A DNA stretch of 64,000 bases from an uncultured Alphaproteobacteria bacterium (GTDB lineage: Bacteria > Pseudomonadota > Alphaproteobacteria > Thalassobaculales > Thalassobaculaceae), in contig CALMRI010000010.1 in NCBI GenBank assembly GCA_937776645.1, positions 4,226 through 68,225 of the forward strand, written 5' to 3'. The translations under genes and the position numbers were made by a program. Shown here one piece after another: positions 9,016-19,891 of this stretch (position 1 is its first letter; every line of letters starts with the position of its first letter). The notes below the pieces were generated by a model. The model had not been told where the DNA came from, searched no databases, and was given only the letters and a program-made list of their open reading frames with translations.

Positions 9016-10287
9016 CTATCGTTTCTCGAAATCGATCCGTTCGTCTACCGGTAGACCTTGCAGGCGGCGGCGCAGACAGTCGATAGCCAACTCGGTCGCA
9101 CCCAACCGCACCCAGTCTCGACCGCCGAGCATGCGGGCGGTGCGAGCGATGGTGCCGGCCTCGTCGGCGATACCGACATTGATGGTGCCGCCGAACTCGA
9201 TCCGGTCGGCGCCGTCGTCGAGCTCTATCAGCACCGCAAGGGCGTGACTGGCGCCGCTTTGCGTGCGTAGGCCAGAGGCCAGTGCCATGGCTGTTTCAGC
9301 GTTGAGCCCGGCGCCTTCCGCTTTGGCGCCAAGACCGACGGCATCGTGCATTTGCGATAGTTCTCGCGACACTACACCACGCAGGAACGGATCCGCCGCG
9401 CCCTCCTTCGGCACGAAACGCGCGGCAATGGCGCCGCCGGTGTACATCTCACCCGTCGCCAGAGTGCCGCCGCGCGCTACCAGGGCATCGATGACGACAC
9501 CCTCCAGGCTTTGAGCGTCCTCGGCGACGATGAAATTGCCGAGCCTCTCGCGCACCCCCGCCTCGATCGGCGCGAGCAACGCGTCCAATTCTTCCTCGCT
9601 TGCGGCCTGGGCCGCCAGTTTGGTTTCTAGCTGCGGATAATGCGCCTGGAAGCCGAGTTTGACGGTGCCGTCCGGCACCAGTTTTTCGATCCCATCGAGC
9701 ATCTGGTCGGCCCTAGATTCGCCGACGCCGAAGGAATGGAAGCGTTTTAACCGGGTGACCACCTTCAGCCCGCTCATCTTCAGCAACCGTGGGATCACCT
9801 GATCGTCGATCATCCGGCGCATCTCACGCGGCACGCCAGGGGTGAAAAAGAATCGCGCGCCATCAATGGTGATGGCGAAACCACAGGCCGTGCCGACTGG
9901 ATTGTCGATGAACTCCGACCCTGCCGGCAGCATCGCCTGCTTCTTGTTGTTGGACGGCATCGCCCGACCACGCCTGGTGTAGAAATCCTCCATCCGGGCT
10001 AACCAGTCCTCATTCAGGACCAAGTCGACGCCCGCCGCTTGGGCCGCGACTTCCTGGCTGAGGTCGTCGACGGTCGGGCCGAGCCCACCATTGACGATTA
10101 CCGCATCGGCGCGCTTGGCGGCCAACCGAAAAGCCTCAACCAGGGACTCGCGATCATCACCGACCGTGGTACCCCAATGCATGGTCAATCCGACTTCGCC
10201 AAACCGGCGTGCCATGTGACTGTGATTGGTGTTGATCGTCTTGCCGGTCAGAATTTCGTCGCCGGTGCAGAGAATTTCGATGCGCAT
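9016..10287 (-). CDS. cinA: CinA-family protein (molybdopterin-binding domain plus nicotinamide-nucleotide amidase domain)
   Basis: N-terminus MRIEILCTGDEILTGKTINTNHSHMA is typical of CinA. At 423 aa it is two-domain length. Confidence 0.8.
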   Translation of the reverse strand: MRIEILCTGDEILTGKTINTNHSHMARRFGEVGLTMHWGTTVGDDRESLVEAFRLAAKRADAVIVNGGLGPTVDDLSQEVAAQAAGVDLVLNEDWLARMEDFYTRRGRAMPSNNKKQAMLPAGSEFIDNPVGTACGFAITIDGARFFFTPGVPREMRRMIDDQVIPRLLKMSGLKVVTRLKRFHSFGVGESRADQMLDGIEKLVPDGTVKLGFQAHYPQLETKLAAQAASEEELDALLAPIEAGVRERLGNFIVAEDAQSLEGVVIDALVARGGTLATGEMYTGGAIAARFVPKEGAADPFLRGVVSRELSQMHDAVGLGAKAEGAGLNAETAMALASGLRTQSGASHALAVLIELDDGADRIEFGGTINVGIADEAGTIARTARMLGGRDWVRLGATELAIDCLRRRLQGLPVDERIDFEKR

Positions 10288-10385
10288 GCGGGGCGTCCGT
10301 GCTGGTTGTCGTTGTCAGGGTCTCGGGCGGATAATCTCTCTAGCATCTGGGTCGCGCCACGGCCATGGATCGACCGAAACGCGCC

Positions 10386-11378
10386 TCAGAGGGCGTCCGG
10401 CAAGGCGCGCGGATCAATCACCAGGTCGGCGACCGGTAGGGCCTGGCCTTCCAAATAGGCTTCGGCGTTGGCGACCGCGCGAGCGGCGATTGTTGCGAAG
10501 TTGTTGAGGGTGGCACCAGCGCAATGCGGCGAAAATACAGCTGTTTCCAGTTCGAAAAGTGGGCTGCTGTCGGGCGGTTCGGAGGTGAAGACATCTAGGC
10601 CGGCGCCGAGCAGTTTACCGTCGCGTAATGCCGCCGCCAGGGCTGCTTCGTCGACAATGCCGCCGCGCGCGCAATTGACCAGCACCGTGTCCTGTTTCAT
10701 CACTGCGATCTGTGCCGCGCCGATCATCCCCTTGCTCTTGGGCGTCAACGGCAAGTGCAACGTGATAATCTCGGCGGTCCCGATCAGCTCTTCAAAGGAG
10801 ACCCCGCGCACGCCAAGGGCTCGCTCGATCTCGCCGGGTGCGGGGATCAGGTCGTTGTACAGGACTTCGACTTCGAACCCGGTCAGGATTCTGGCCAAAC
10901 GACGACCGATGGCGCCGAAACCGATGATGCCGACGGTCTTGCCGTGGATGTGCTGATTGACCCCCCGGGCGGGCTCCTTATCCCAATGACCGTTTCTGAC
11001 CCGGGTATCGAAGGCAATCAGCCGGCGGCTGGCGGCGAGGATCATCATCGCCGCGTGCTCGGCGACCTGTATCGCGTTACCGGCGCCAAGCCGTGCGACC
11101 GTGATGCCGGAGGTCTGACAGGCATCAAGGTCGATATTGTCGACGCCGGCTCCCATCTTTTGGATGAACCGTAGTCTCGGCGATTGTCGCAGGAGGTTTT
11201 CGTCGATGCGGGCCGCCATGATCAGGGCGACATCGGCCCCCGCCATGGCTATCGCACGGGCCTCGGCGGTTGGCGCGGTGGCAATTGAAAGGTCCCAGCC
11301 ATCGGGCAGAAGGTTCCGAATGGTCTCGATGATCGCCGGATGGAAGGGATCGAGGATGGCGACATGCGGGCGGTTCAT
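10386..11378 (-). CDS. D-isomer-specific 2-hydroxyacid dehydrogenase family, NAD-binding
   Basis: GKTVGIIGFGAIGRRLA Rossmann motif and NCARGGIVDE. The ATG at 11378 overlaps the upstream stop as ATGA. Confidence 0.85.
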   Translation of the reverse strand: MNRPHVAILDPFHPAIIETIRNLLPDGWDLSIATAPTAEARAIAMAGADVALIMAARIDENLLRQSPRLRFIQKMGAGVDNIDLDACQTSGITVARLGAGNAIQVAEHAAMMILAASRRLIAFDTRVRNGHWDKEPARGVNQHIHGKTVGIIGFGAIGRRLARILTGFEVEVLYNDLIPAPGEIERALGVRGVSFEELIGTAEIITLHLPLTPKSKGMIGAAQIAVMKQDTVLVNCARGGIVDEAALAAALRDGKLLGAGLDVFTSEPPDSSPLFELETAVFSPHCAGATLNNFATIAARAVANAEAYLEGQALPVADLVIDPRALPDAL

Positions 11379-12613
11379 GGGGTCAAGACACCGATTTTGG
11401 ATCCGCAAGTGGGATCGATCTGGACCGTCGTTGCATCGTATTCAAACAACCAGTCGTAGCGCATTTTCACCTTCTCCGGAGCCCATTCGCAATCGAGATA
11501 GTCCTCCGCCGCCTGGGCATCGGCAAGCACGGGATTTTGGAACCGTGTGGCATTGGCGGCCGAACCGTGGACGATCCGGGTGGTCCGCTCGATCCGCAGG
11601 TCCTCGTAGCGCTTCAAGGCCCGGGCTGGCTCAGCGCTAAAATGGTCGAGGCAGCGGGCCAGGACCATTGCATCCTCCAGCGCCATGATCGCGCCATGGG
11701 CGAGGAACGGGAGCGTCGGATGACAGGCGTCGCCCAACAGGGTTACCCGGCCCTTGCTCCAGCGGGCCAGAGGCTCGCGTCCGACCAGGGCCCATTTATA
11801 GGGTTGATCAATGGCCCAAATCATTGCCTGTATCGAGGCGTGCCAGCCCGGAAAATACGCGGCGCATTCCTCTTGGGTTCCGGTCGTCGACCATGATTCC
11901 GTCCTCCAGGTCGCATCCTCGGCGATACCAACGAAGTTTAGAATTTTCCCGGAACGCAGGGGATAGGTGACAACATGACCGTGTGGGCCAACCCAATTGG
12001 CGCCGACCGGCCGGCGCAAATCGGCAGACAGCCGGTCCATGTCGATCAAGCCGCGCCAGGCGATCAATCCGGAGAAATTGGCCTGCGGGCTCTCGAACAG
12101 CTGGCTGCGGATCGTCGAATGGACCCCGTCCGCGCCAATCAAAATGTCGCAAGCGATGGTTGTTCCCGAGGCGAGCTGTGCCGAGACCCGATCGCCCTGG
12201 TCACGGTAACCGGTCACCCGCGCCCCGGTGCGGATCGCGTCGGATTTCAGGGCCGTGACGGCCTCCCGCAACACCCGGTACAAATCTCCGCGGTGGACGA
12301 ACCAATAAGGCGCGCCAAACCGCTCCCGGGAGTCGGCGCCGAGATCAAATAGTTTTCGGGTGATCCCGGTGCTCCAGACCCGGACCTCTTTCCATTCCGC
12401 CTCGCAGACGATCTTCTCCATCTCGGCACCCAGCCCAAGCGCCAGCAGAATGCGCGAGCCATCGGCGGCGAATTGTAGCCCGGCGCCAAGTTCGCCAAGC
12501 TCTGATGCCTGCTCCAGCACCGTCACGTCATGGCCGCGCCGTAGCAACGCCAGCGCGGCTGTCAGGCCGCCGATACCGGCGCCGGCGATCACAATTCGGC
12601 TCGCTACGGTCAT
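11375..12613 (-). CDS. FAD-dependent aromatic-ring monooxygenase (salicylate/3-hydroxybenzoate hydroxylase-like)
   Basis: IVIAGAGIGGLTAALALLRRGHDVTVLEQ dinucleotide fold and the LLGDACHPTLPFLAHG motif. Confidence 0.85.
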   Translation of the reverse strand: MTVASRIVIAGAGIGGLTAALALLRRGHDVTVLEQASELGELGAGLQFAADGSRILLALGLGAEMEKIVCEAEWKEVRVWSTGITRKLFDLGADSRERFGAPYWFVHRGDLYRVLREAVTALKSDAIRTGARVTGYRDQGDRVSAQLASGTTIACDILIGADGVHSTIRSQLFESPQANFSGLIAWRGLIDMDRLSADLRRPVGANWVGPHGHVVTYPLRSGKILNFVGIAEDATWRTESWSTTGTQEECAAYFPGWHASIQAMIWAIDQPYKWALVGREPLARWSKGRVTLLGDACHPTLPFLAHGAIMALEDAMVLARCLDHFSAEPARALKRYEDLRIERTTRIVHGSAANATRFQNPVLADAQAAEDYLDCEWAPEKVKMRYDWLFEYDATTVQIDPTCGSKIGVLTP

Positions 12614-12716
12614 GCTTCTCGGTGTCCAGGTCTTTAGCAGGATGGGTGGGCCAAATGGTGCATCTGCCTTAGAACAACCTATCGAGAGCTCACGTCTAAC
12701 CTCCCGGCAAAGGCGT

Positions 12717-13884
12717 TTACCCCCACAACTCAGCGCTTGCCAGGGCGGCGCCCTCGACTAGGGATTCCATCTTCGCCCAAACTACATCCTCGGTAGTGAA
12801 AGTGTCGCCGGCAAAGGTCCCGAACCCGCAATCCGTGCCGGCCATGATCCGGGTTTTATCACCGACGCAGTGGGCGGCGCGAACCAGGCGCTCGGCCACC
12901 ACTTTGGGATGCTCGACATAATTGTTGGTCGTCTCGACAACCCCGACGGTCAGGGACATGTGACCCGGCAGCGGTTGGGTGCGGAACGCCTCGATTTCGT
13001 GACTGTGGCGGGCATTGGCAAAGGGTAGAACCAGAGCGCCGACCTTGGCCTGATACATAACCGGCAAGACTTCCGGGCAGGGCACGTCATGGTAATGCGG
13101 TCCGTCGCGATTACCCCAACAGGCATGCAGGCGGATCTGATCCGCCGGAATATCGGCAATCGCCTCATTCAAGGCGGCGATATGCATCTCCATCGCCGCG
13201 ATGAACTCCGGCAGCGATTTATCCTGAAAGTATCCGGCGCGCTCAATCCCCATATCCGGCGAATCGATCTGCAGGATGAAGCCATGGCTGGCGATATGGT
13301 CGTACTCACGCTTCAGCGCGTGGGCCATGGCGAAGACATAGGATTCATAGGTATCATAGTGCAGGTTCACCATCGCCGTGGCGGCAAAACCCGGGGAGAC
13401 CGCCGTCATGAAAGCCTCGGTGAAGCCGGGACGGTTGGGCAGCCAGAACTTTCTTGAAATCCGTGCATTCGGCCTCGACCCCGGAAACATCGTCATAGCT
13501 AAGCGGGCCGATCGTTTGCGGCAGCCCGTAGGCATTCATCCGGCGGCGGCCACTTTTCTGAATATGCTGGAACCAGATCGGGAATTTTTGTGCGTCCAGC
13601 GGCAGTCGCCGCTTTGGTCCTTCGCCTCTACCAAACCCGTTCATCCGCTCGGTGATGTAGGAAATGAAATCCGTACGCGGCATCTCGCCATCATTGCCGA
13701 CATCGATGCCGGCCTCGATCTGCCGTGCGACGATGTCATTCAGCGCAATGCCCAACGCCGCGTCGAAGGCGTCAGGGTCGAAGGCCTCTTCATTGACTTT
13801 GGCGACCAGGATGTCCGAGAGCGCCTCGCCGCGCGGTAAGCTTCCTGTGTGGGTGGTCAGGATCCGGCCCTGGCTGGTCTTCAT
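12717..13884 (-). pseudogene. cobalamin-independent methionine synthase (MetE C-terminal domain)-like protein, frameshifted
   Basis: The N-terminal half (MKTSQGRILTTHTGSLPR.., ORF 13354..13968) and the C-terminal half (NRPGFTEAFMTAVSPG..HACWGN.., ORF 12717..13535) are in different frames. The junction is near 13436-13445. Confidence 0.7.
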
Positions 13885-13949
13885 GGTTGCCTCGCTGTGG
13901 AGTGTGTCGGATAGTTTGCTTGGTTTGAACTCAGTTTGGAGGCGGTAAT

Positions 13950-14693
13950 ATGAGCGAAGCACCCGCACGCGTCTATGGGGCCCGCGCCCGCATGGCGCTG
14001 ATGGTTCCCTCCGTCAATACCGTCGCCGAGACCGAGTTCTGGCGCCTCGCACCGGAAGGTTTGACGGTGCATACATCGCGCATGCCGTTTTATGCCGATC
14101 GCCACGAGAAGCCTTTTGATGAGATGGAAAGCCATCTACCCCGGGTGATCGACGAGGTGAACTCAGCCCTGCCGGACGTTATCGCCTATGGCTGCACCGC
14201 AAGTTCCGCCAAGGGCAACCCGGCCGACTATGAGGAATTGCTGAGCGCGAAAATTGGTAAACCCACGGTGACTGCTGCCGGCGCCCTGGTCGCCGCCTTG
14301 AATGCGTTCGGCGCCAAACGCATTGCCCTGGTGACACCCTACCCGCAAGCAATTAACGACAAGGAGCGGGTGTTTTTCGCTGCGAACGGCATCGAGGTGG
14401 TCGAGGATGAAAGCATCATCGTTGACGACAGCCAGATGCAATTCAAGAATATGAACCGGGTGCCGGTGGCCCTGTTGATCGAGCGGGCCAGTGCGCTCGG
14501 CCGGCGCGACGACGTTGATATGGTGGTGCTGAGCTGCTGTGATATGCCGACCCTGGAGGCGATCCCGGCCATTGAAGCGGCGATCGGCAAACCGGTTACC
14601 TCCAGTACCCAGGCCTTGTTTTGGCGGGCTGCCAGAACCGCCGGTATTTCCGAGGCGATTCCGGGCCGGGGGCGGCTGTTGGCTGAGAATTAA
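13950..14693 (+). CDS. Asp/Glu/hydantoin racemase superfamily protein (maleate isomerase / arylmalonate decarboxylase-like)
   Basis: MVPSVNTVAETEF, YGCTASS and LSCCDMPTL give two Cys-containing active-site-like motifs in a 247-aa protein. Confidence 0.7.
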   Translation: MSEAPARVYGARARMALMVPSVNTVAETEFWRLAPEGLTVHTSRMPFYADRHEKPFDEMESHLPRVIDEVNSALPDVIAYGCTASSAKGNPADYEELLSAKIGKPTVTAAGALVAALNAFGAKRIALVTPYPQAINDKERVFFAANGIEVVEDESIIVDDSQMQFKNMNRVPVALLIERASALGRRDDVDMVVLSCCDMPTLEAIPAIEAAIGKPVTSSTQALFWRAARTAGISEAIPGRGRLLAEN

Positions 14694-14940
14694 TGCTGCT
14701 GGCCAAAGCCACCGTCTTGCGGCCTACGACAACTGAGCCTTGGGCTATGACGGCATTATGCGCGACGAATAGGAGGATGCCGAAGGATGTTCACGGCATT
14801 TCTGGCGGCAATTTCCGGCGTGTCGTCGAACAGATTTAGGGATAACTCGGACATAATATGAGCGCCCTGACGTTTCGTCGCCGCGCGTCGTCATGCTAAT
14901 TTCTCGTCCAAGGATTTCACAACCCCGCTGGAAACTTAAT

Positions 14941-16095
14941 ATGGCCACTCCGCTGTTGTTCTCTCCTCATGTCATTCGTGATGCGACCTTGAAGAATCGC
15001 GTGGTGATTGCTCCGATGCATCAGTATTCTGGTGTGAAGGGCTATCCGACCGACTGGCATGTGATGAGCGTTGGACGGTATGCGGCAGGTGGCGCCGGGC
15101 TGGTGTTTGTCGAGTCGACCAAGGTGGAACGCCGGGGTTGCGGAACTGTTGGTGACCTCGGTTTGTGGAACGACGATTTCATCCCGCATTTCAAACGGCT
15201 CGCCGATTTCATCCGTCAGTATGGGGCGGTGCCGGCGCTGCAGCTTGGCCATAGCGGCCGCAAGGCTCGGCGCTTCCGCCCCTGGGAAGGCGGCAAGCCG
15301 CTGGAGCAGACGCCGGAAGTCGATGATTGGGACGCCTGGGAGTTGGTTTCCTCCAGCGGTGAAAGTGATAGCGGTGACCCGCCGCCCCGTGCCCTGTCGA
15401 TCGATGAGATCCAAGACGTGGTTCAGCATTGGGGCGATGCGGCGCGCCGGGCGAACGAGGCCGGGTTTGAGGTGCTGGAGGTGCACGGCGCCCATGGCTA
15501 TCTGGTTCACCAATTTCTCTCGCCCAAGGCCAACCGGCGCAACGATGCCTATGGCGGCTCAGAGGAGAACCGGATGCGCTTCGCCATTGAGGTGGTGGAA
15601 TGCGTGCGCGCCAATTGGCCGGAGCACAAGCCGTTGTTCCTGCGGCTCTCGGTCGAGGATGATGCCGGCTGGGGGCCGGAGGAAAACGTGCGGCTGGCGC
15701 GGATCGTCAAGCAAAAGGGCGTCGACGTGATCGATTGCTCCTCCGGCGGCATGCGCGGCTCGCCCGTGGTTAGCGCCGGGCCGGTTGGCTATGGCTATCA
15801 AGTGCCCTACGCCGAAAAACTGCGTAAGGAAGCCGGAATCCAAACCATGGCCGTGGGCCTGATCGTGCACGCTGATCAAGCGGAGCAAATTCTTCAGGAA
15901 GGCCGGGCAGATCTGATCGCGCTGGCCCGTGAGGCGATGCACAACCCGAATTGGCCCCTCGACGCAGCAATTAAACTCGGCGCTGAGGCCCCGTTCGCCA
16001 TGATGCCGAGCGCCTATGAGTACTGGCTGGAAAAACGTGCGGAGCAGGTCAAGGAACTGGTCCCCTCGACCCAGTCACGCGGGATTGCGGGTTAG
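14941..16095 (+). CDS. NADH:flavin oxidoreductase, Old Yellow Enzyme family
   Basis: LKNRVVIAPMHQY, GHSGRKA and HGAHGYLVHQFLSP motifs. Start chosen at MATPLLFSP. Confidence 0.85.
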   Translation: MATPLLFSPHVIRDATLKNRVVIAPMHQYSGVKGYPTDWHVMSVGRYAAGGAGLVFVESTKVERRGCGTVGDLGLWNDDFIPHFKRLADFIRQYGAVPALQLGHSGRKARRFRPWEGGKPLEQTPEVDDWDAWELVSSSGESDSGDPPPRALSIDEIQDVVQHWGDAARRANEAGFEVLEVHGAHGYLVHQFLSPKANRRNDAYGGSEENRMRFAIEVVECVRANWPEHKPLFLRLSVEDDAGWGPEENVRLARIVKQKGVDVIDCSSGGMRGSPVVSAGPVGYGYQVPYAEKLRKEAGIQTMAVGLIVHADQAEQILQEGRADLIALAREAMHNPNWPLDAAIKLGAEAPFAMMPSAYEYWLEKRAEQVKELVPSTQSRGIAG

Positions 16096-16130
16096 GCGGC
16101 GTATTTCGTCGAGACCGTCCGGGAGATCCG

Positions 16131-16772
16131 TCAGGCGGGTGCGTCTTCGGACGCGGCGCCCTGCGAAACCACCCGCAGAAACGCCGGTCCGCCGTTGGCC
16201 ATGAAGACGGCAGCGGCGGCATTGGCGAAGGCTTGGTGAATGGCGTGATCGTGCGGGCCGTAGGTGTGGCGGGCTTGCGAGGCGGTGATTAATTGACCGA
16301 TGAATTGATCGTGCCAGATCAATGGGCTGTACATTGACGAACCCATCCGGGCGGTCTTCAGGATCTGTTTAAAATCCTTATCGTCGTCGGTATTCGCCAA
16401 GAGCAATGCCCGGCGGTTCTCGACCACCCATCCCGGATGGCCCAGCTCCACCGGAATGCGCAACCTGTGCTGTTCGGCCGGAAAACCGTGTTCGGCGACC
16501 AGGATGTTTTTTCGCCCATCCGATGCCAGCAGGAAAACCCCGGATACCGAAAACTGTTTTTCACCAGGTTTCAGGCCGCCGGGTCGTTCATGCGCCTCCC
16601 GGTCGCCAAGCGTTGAACGGGTGGCCGCGCAGAATGTTGAGAGTGCGACCTCGACATCTCGCTCGATCGCCGCCGCACGAAGGGCATCGTTGAGCGCCGC
16701 CATACTAGCTTGGTAAAGCGCGGCGGTGTCGCGCGTCGGCGGCGGGCTTTGCGGTGTTTGTGGAGATGTCAT
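16131..16772 (-). CDS. GAF domain-containing protein
   Basis: A single GAF-like fold in 213 aa (VFLLASDGRKNILVAEHGFP...GHPGWVVENRRALLLANTDDD). Confidence 0.6.
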   Translation of the reverse strand: MTSPQTPQSPPPTRDTAALYQASMAALNDALRAAAIERDVEVALSTFCAATRSTLGDREAHERPGGLKPGEKQFSVSGVFLLASDGRKNILVAEHGFPAEQHRLRIPVELGHPGWVVENRRALLLANTDDDKDFKQILKTARMGSSMYSPLIWHDQFIGQLITASQARHTYGPHDHAIHQAFANAAAAVFMANGGPAFLRVVSQGAASEDAPA

Positions 16773-17007
16773 GATCAGCTTCCAGAACCGTGAGGCGTCG
16801 CTGTCTGGATTATAAAGCCTGATCGGGGCTGCCGGTCACTTGATTTTCCGGACGTTGGTTTACTGGCCCGGTCCAGTAGCAAAATTTAGCCGATGCGGGA
16901 TCAGATATATGGCGGACCAAGACGGTATCGCCGAAGTATGCTGGCGGTAAGCTAGGCGCTGTTATCTTGGCGTCGGTTGGTTATGAATTCTCTGGAGGAT
17001 CTACGCG

Positions 17008-18084
17008 GTGGCACAGACGACTAACGGGTTAAAGTTTGGTTTTACTGCTGCTGCTGCGGCCAGCGAGGGCGAAAAGAGCGACGCCGCGCGTTATCGCCAG
17101 ATGCTCGACGATTGTCGGCTTGGTCACCAGCTTGGATATGACTGCGCTTGGGTCCTGGAGCATCATTTCACCGACTATTTCCCGACCCCCAGCCCCATCG
17201 TCGTGATGTCGCATCTGGCGGCGGCGTGTCCTGGTATGTCGCTCGGGTCCTGTGTGATCGTGGCACCCTGGTACAATCCGCTGCGGTTGGCCGAGGAAAT
17301 CTCGATGTTGAGCCATTTCTGTACCGGCGAGTTGCATCTCGCCTTTGGGCGCGGCACTGCCAAGCTCGAATACGACGCCTATGACATCGACATGGCCACC
17401 GCCAAGGGTCGGTTCGCGGAATCGATGGAGATCATCAACAAGGCGCTGTCTGGCGTTCCCTTCGAACACCAGGGCGAACACTACAAGGTCGGTCGCAAGG
17501 TCGCGCTGCGTCCGGAACCGAACCGCGAACGCATCCATTTTTATGGCGCCGTCGGCAGCCGTGAGAGCGCGGCCGGCAACGCTGATATGGGGATGCCGAT
17601 TCTGCTCAACACCCAATTCCCGCCCCATATGCTGAAAAAGGTCACCGAAGCGTGGCAGGAGCGGGCCGACGAAATCGGATTAAAGGCCAAGGGCGACCGC
17701 CCGATCTCGACCAATTGCGTGATCGCTGACAGCGATGAGGAGGCGCGGGAATCCGCCCGTGGTTATCTGGCTGCGTTCTTCGCGCTGCAAGCCGATCACT
17801 ATGAGGCCGATGCGGACCACTGGAAGGATATCGAGGGCTATCAGCAGTTCTCCAAGGCCTTTGGAAATCTGCGTAAGATGGCTGATCCAGCGAATTTGGA
17901 TGGTTTCATGGACAATCAATTGATCGGTTCGCCGGAAACCATCGCCGGCAAGATCGAGACCTATCGTGATTTGGGCTTCGATCACTTCATCCTGAACTGC
18001 GCGCGCGAGGGGTGGCCGGCGGTGATGCGCGAGACCGCGATGCGCCGTTTCGCCGCCGAGGTCGCCCCTCGGTTCCGGTCCTAG
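17008..18084 (+). CDS. LLM-class (luciferase-like) flavin-dependent monooxygenase
   Basis: GTG start preceded by GGAGG. Typical LLM N-terminus (GYDCAWVLEHHFTDY) in a 358-aa protein. Confidence 0.8.
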   Translation: MAQTTNGLKFGFTAAAAASEGEKSDAARYRQMLDDCRLGHQLGYDCAWVLEHHFTDYFPTPSPIVVMSHLAAACPGMSLGSCVIVAPWYNPLRLAEEISMLSHFCTGELHLAFGRGTAKLEYDAYDIDMATAKGRFAESMEIINKALSGVPFEHQGEHYKVGRKVALRPEPNRERIHFYGAVGSRESAAGNADMGMPILLNTQFPPHMLKKVTEAWQERADEIGLKAKGDRPISTNCVIADSDEEARESARGYLAAFFALQADHYEADADHWKDIEGYQQFSKAFGNLRKMADPANLDGFMDNQLIGSPETIAGKIETYRDLGFDHFILNCAREGWPAVMRETAMRRFAAEVAPRFRS

Positions 18085-18134
18085 AACGCGATTGGTTTCG
18101 TTGGAATAGCCGAGCGTTGAAAAGGCCGCTGCCA

Positions 18135-18923
18135 ATGACCTATGAGCATGTAATCGTGGAACGGGAAGGCGAAATTGCCACCATCCGTTTCAACCGACCG
18201 GAACGGGCGAACGCGCTTCACTATGAGATGATCGCGGAGATCGAGGCGGCGGCCTTGTCATTCCGCGACGATATCGAAAGCCGGGTGGTGATCTTCACCG
18301 GCGCCGGCAAGAATTTTTGCGCCGGTGCGGATCTCGGCGATCCCGGCGCCGGTTATTCCGGCCCGCTGATCCAAACGCGGCGTCGCCGGCGGATCGGCGA
18401 GCGGGCGATTCAAGCAATCCTGGAGATGGACCAGATCACCATTGCCGCCTGGAACGGCGCAGCGGCGGGAGGTGGCGGCTGTTTCGCCATGGCCGCTGAT
18501 TTTCGCGTCGGCACCGAAGATACCCTGCTGTTCTTTCCCGAGGTCGACCTGGGGCTCAATCTGATGTGGCGCTCGATGCCGCTCTGCGTCAGCTTGGTTG
18601 GTCCGGCCCGCGCCAAACGGCTGATGGTCGGTGGTGAGCGGGTTCGGGGCCAAGCCCTGCTCGACTGGGGCTTGCTCGACGAGATGGCGCCCCAGGATCA
18701 GTTGCTGAGCAAGACCCGGGAGATGGCCACCTTCTATGCCGGCAAACCGCATATCGCGGCACAGATGATCAAGCGCAGCATCAACAGCTACAGCACCGCT
18801 CTCGACCGGGCGGTAATGCATTCCGACGTCGATCAGTTCCTGTTGTCGCAATCCACCGACGACCACCCGATCGCCGCCCGAGCCTACCGCGATAAGAAGC
18901 GTCCGGATCTGACCGGAAAGTAA
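18135..18923 (+). CDS. enoyl-CoA hydratase/isomerase (crotonase) family protein
   Basis: VEREGEIATIRFNRPERANAL and FCAGADL oxyanion-hole motifs. Start at the internal ATG 18135. Confidence 0.85.
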   Translation: MTYEHVIVEREGEIATIRFNRPERANALHYEMIAEIEAAALSFRDDIESRVVIFTGAGKNFCAGADLGDPGAGYSGPLIQTRRRRRIGERAIQAILEMDQITIAAWNGAAAGGGGCFAMAADFRVGTEDTLLFFPEVDLGLNLMWRSMPLCVSLVGPARAKRLMVGGERVRGQALLDWGLLDEMAPQDQLLSKTREMATFYAGKPHIAAQMIKRSINSYSTALDRAVMHSDVDQFLLSQSTDDHPIAARAYRDKKRPDLTGK

Positions 18924-19019
18924 GCGCGGCCCGCGATTGCGGCGGCTCCTGCTCGACGGATATGAATGTCTGACGTTACACTTGCCGCTAGAACTTCCCC
19001 TGCTGACCGGAGCCTGAAC

Positions 19020-19889
19020 ATGCGCCTTGGCCTTTCCTTCCCACAGACAGAGATCGGCACCGATCCGGTGGTGATCCGTGATTTCCTTCAGGCGGCCGAG
19101 GAACTCGGCTACGATTTCATCACCTTTGTTGATCATGTGCTGGGCGAGGAAGCGCCGCGCGGCGCCAGTTTCGCCGGCAAATACACCCGGGACTATATGT
19201 TCCACGAGGTGATGGTGCTGATGGGATATGCCGCCGCCGTTACCAGCAAGATTGGTCTGGGTACGGCGGTGATGATCCTGCCGCAGCGCCAAGCCGTGCT
19301 GGTCGCCAAGCAAGCCGCCGAAGTGGATGTCCTGTCTGGCGGTCGATTGCGCCTCGGTGTCGGTCTGGGCTGGAATAAGGTCGAATATGATGCGTTGGAC
19401 ATGAAATTCCCCAACCGGGCGCGCCGGTTTGTCGAGCAGATCGATGTCATGCGGCAGCTTTGGTCGAACCGGGTGGTGGCCTATGACGGCGAGTTTCACA
19501 AATTCGACAGCGCTGGCATCAATCCCGAGCCGGTGCAGCGGCCAATCCCGGTCTGGATCGGCGCGATGAACGATGTGGCGATCCGCCGCGCCGCGCAAAT
19601 CGCCGATGGCTGGTTCATGTTCCCGCGCCAGGATCCCAGCGACGAGGCGCACGCGAAACTCTCGATGTTCCGCCAGACGGCGGCCGAGGCGGGGCGCGAA
19701 CCGGACGATATTGGCGTCAATGCCACGGTGTTCGCCAATCAGGGGGCCGGCGCCGAGGAATGGAGTGCGGTGATGGAGCAGTGGCGGGGCATGGGGGCTA
19801 ATGAATTCACCTTTCGCACGGCTGAATCCGATCTCGCTGGCCCGGATGCCCACATGGCGGCGATCCGTGCCATGGCGGAGGCGCGCTGA
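19020..19889 (+). CDS. LLM-class oxidoreductase (second copy, shorter subfamily)
   Basis: MRLGLSFPQTEIGTDPVVIRDFLQAAEELGYDF. GGAG lies upstream of the ATG at 19020. Confidence 0.75.
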   Translation: MRLGLSFPQTEIGTDPVVIRDFLQAAEELGYDFITFVDHVLGEEAPRGASFAGKYTRDYMFHEVMVLMGYAAAVTSKIGLGTAVMILPQRQAVLVAKQAAEVDVLSGGRLRLGVGLGWNKVEYDALDMKFPNRARRFVEQIDVMRQLWSNRVVAYDGEFHKFDSAGINPEPVQRPIPVWIGAMNDVAIRRAAQIADGWFMFPRQDPSDEAHAKLSMFRQTAAEAGREPDDIGVNATVFANQGAGAEEWSAVMEQWRGMGANEFTFRTAESDLAGPDAHMAAIRAMAEAR

Positions 19890-19891
19890 TT

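Noticed and set aside
16890-16910. Inverted repeat TACTGG-N6-CCAGTA upstream of the first LLM gene as an operator
   Set aside because: It has only 6-bp arms, appears as a single copy in the window, and has no adjacent DNA-binding regulator. That is too weak to call.
18258-19853. 531-aa ORF on the minus strand
   Set aside because: It runs antisense across the crotonase and LLM genes, which carry clear family motifs. Its composition is Arg/Gly/His/Ala-rich with no recognisable domain. This is a typical shadow ORF of GC-rich DNA. The same applies to 35587..36726 (antisense to metY), 31733..32719 (antisense to the SDR), 28488..29198, 14917..15513 and 54834..55658.
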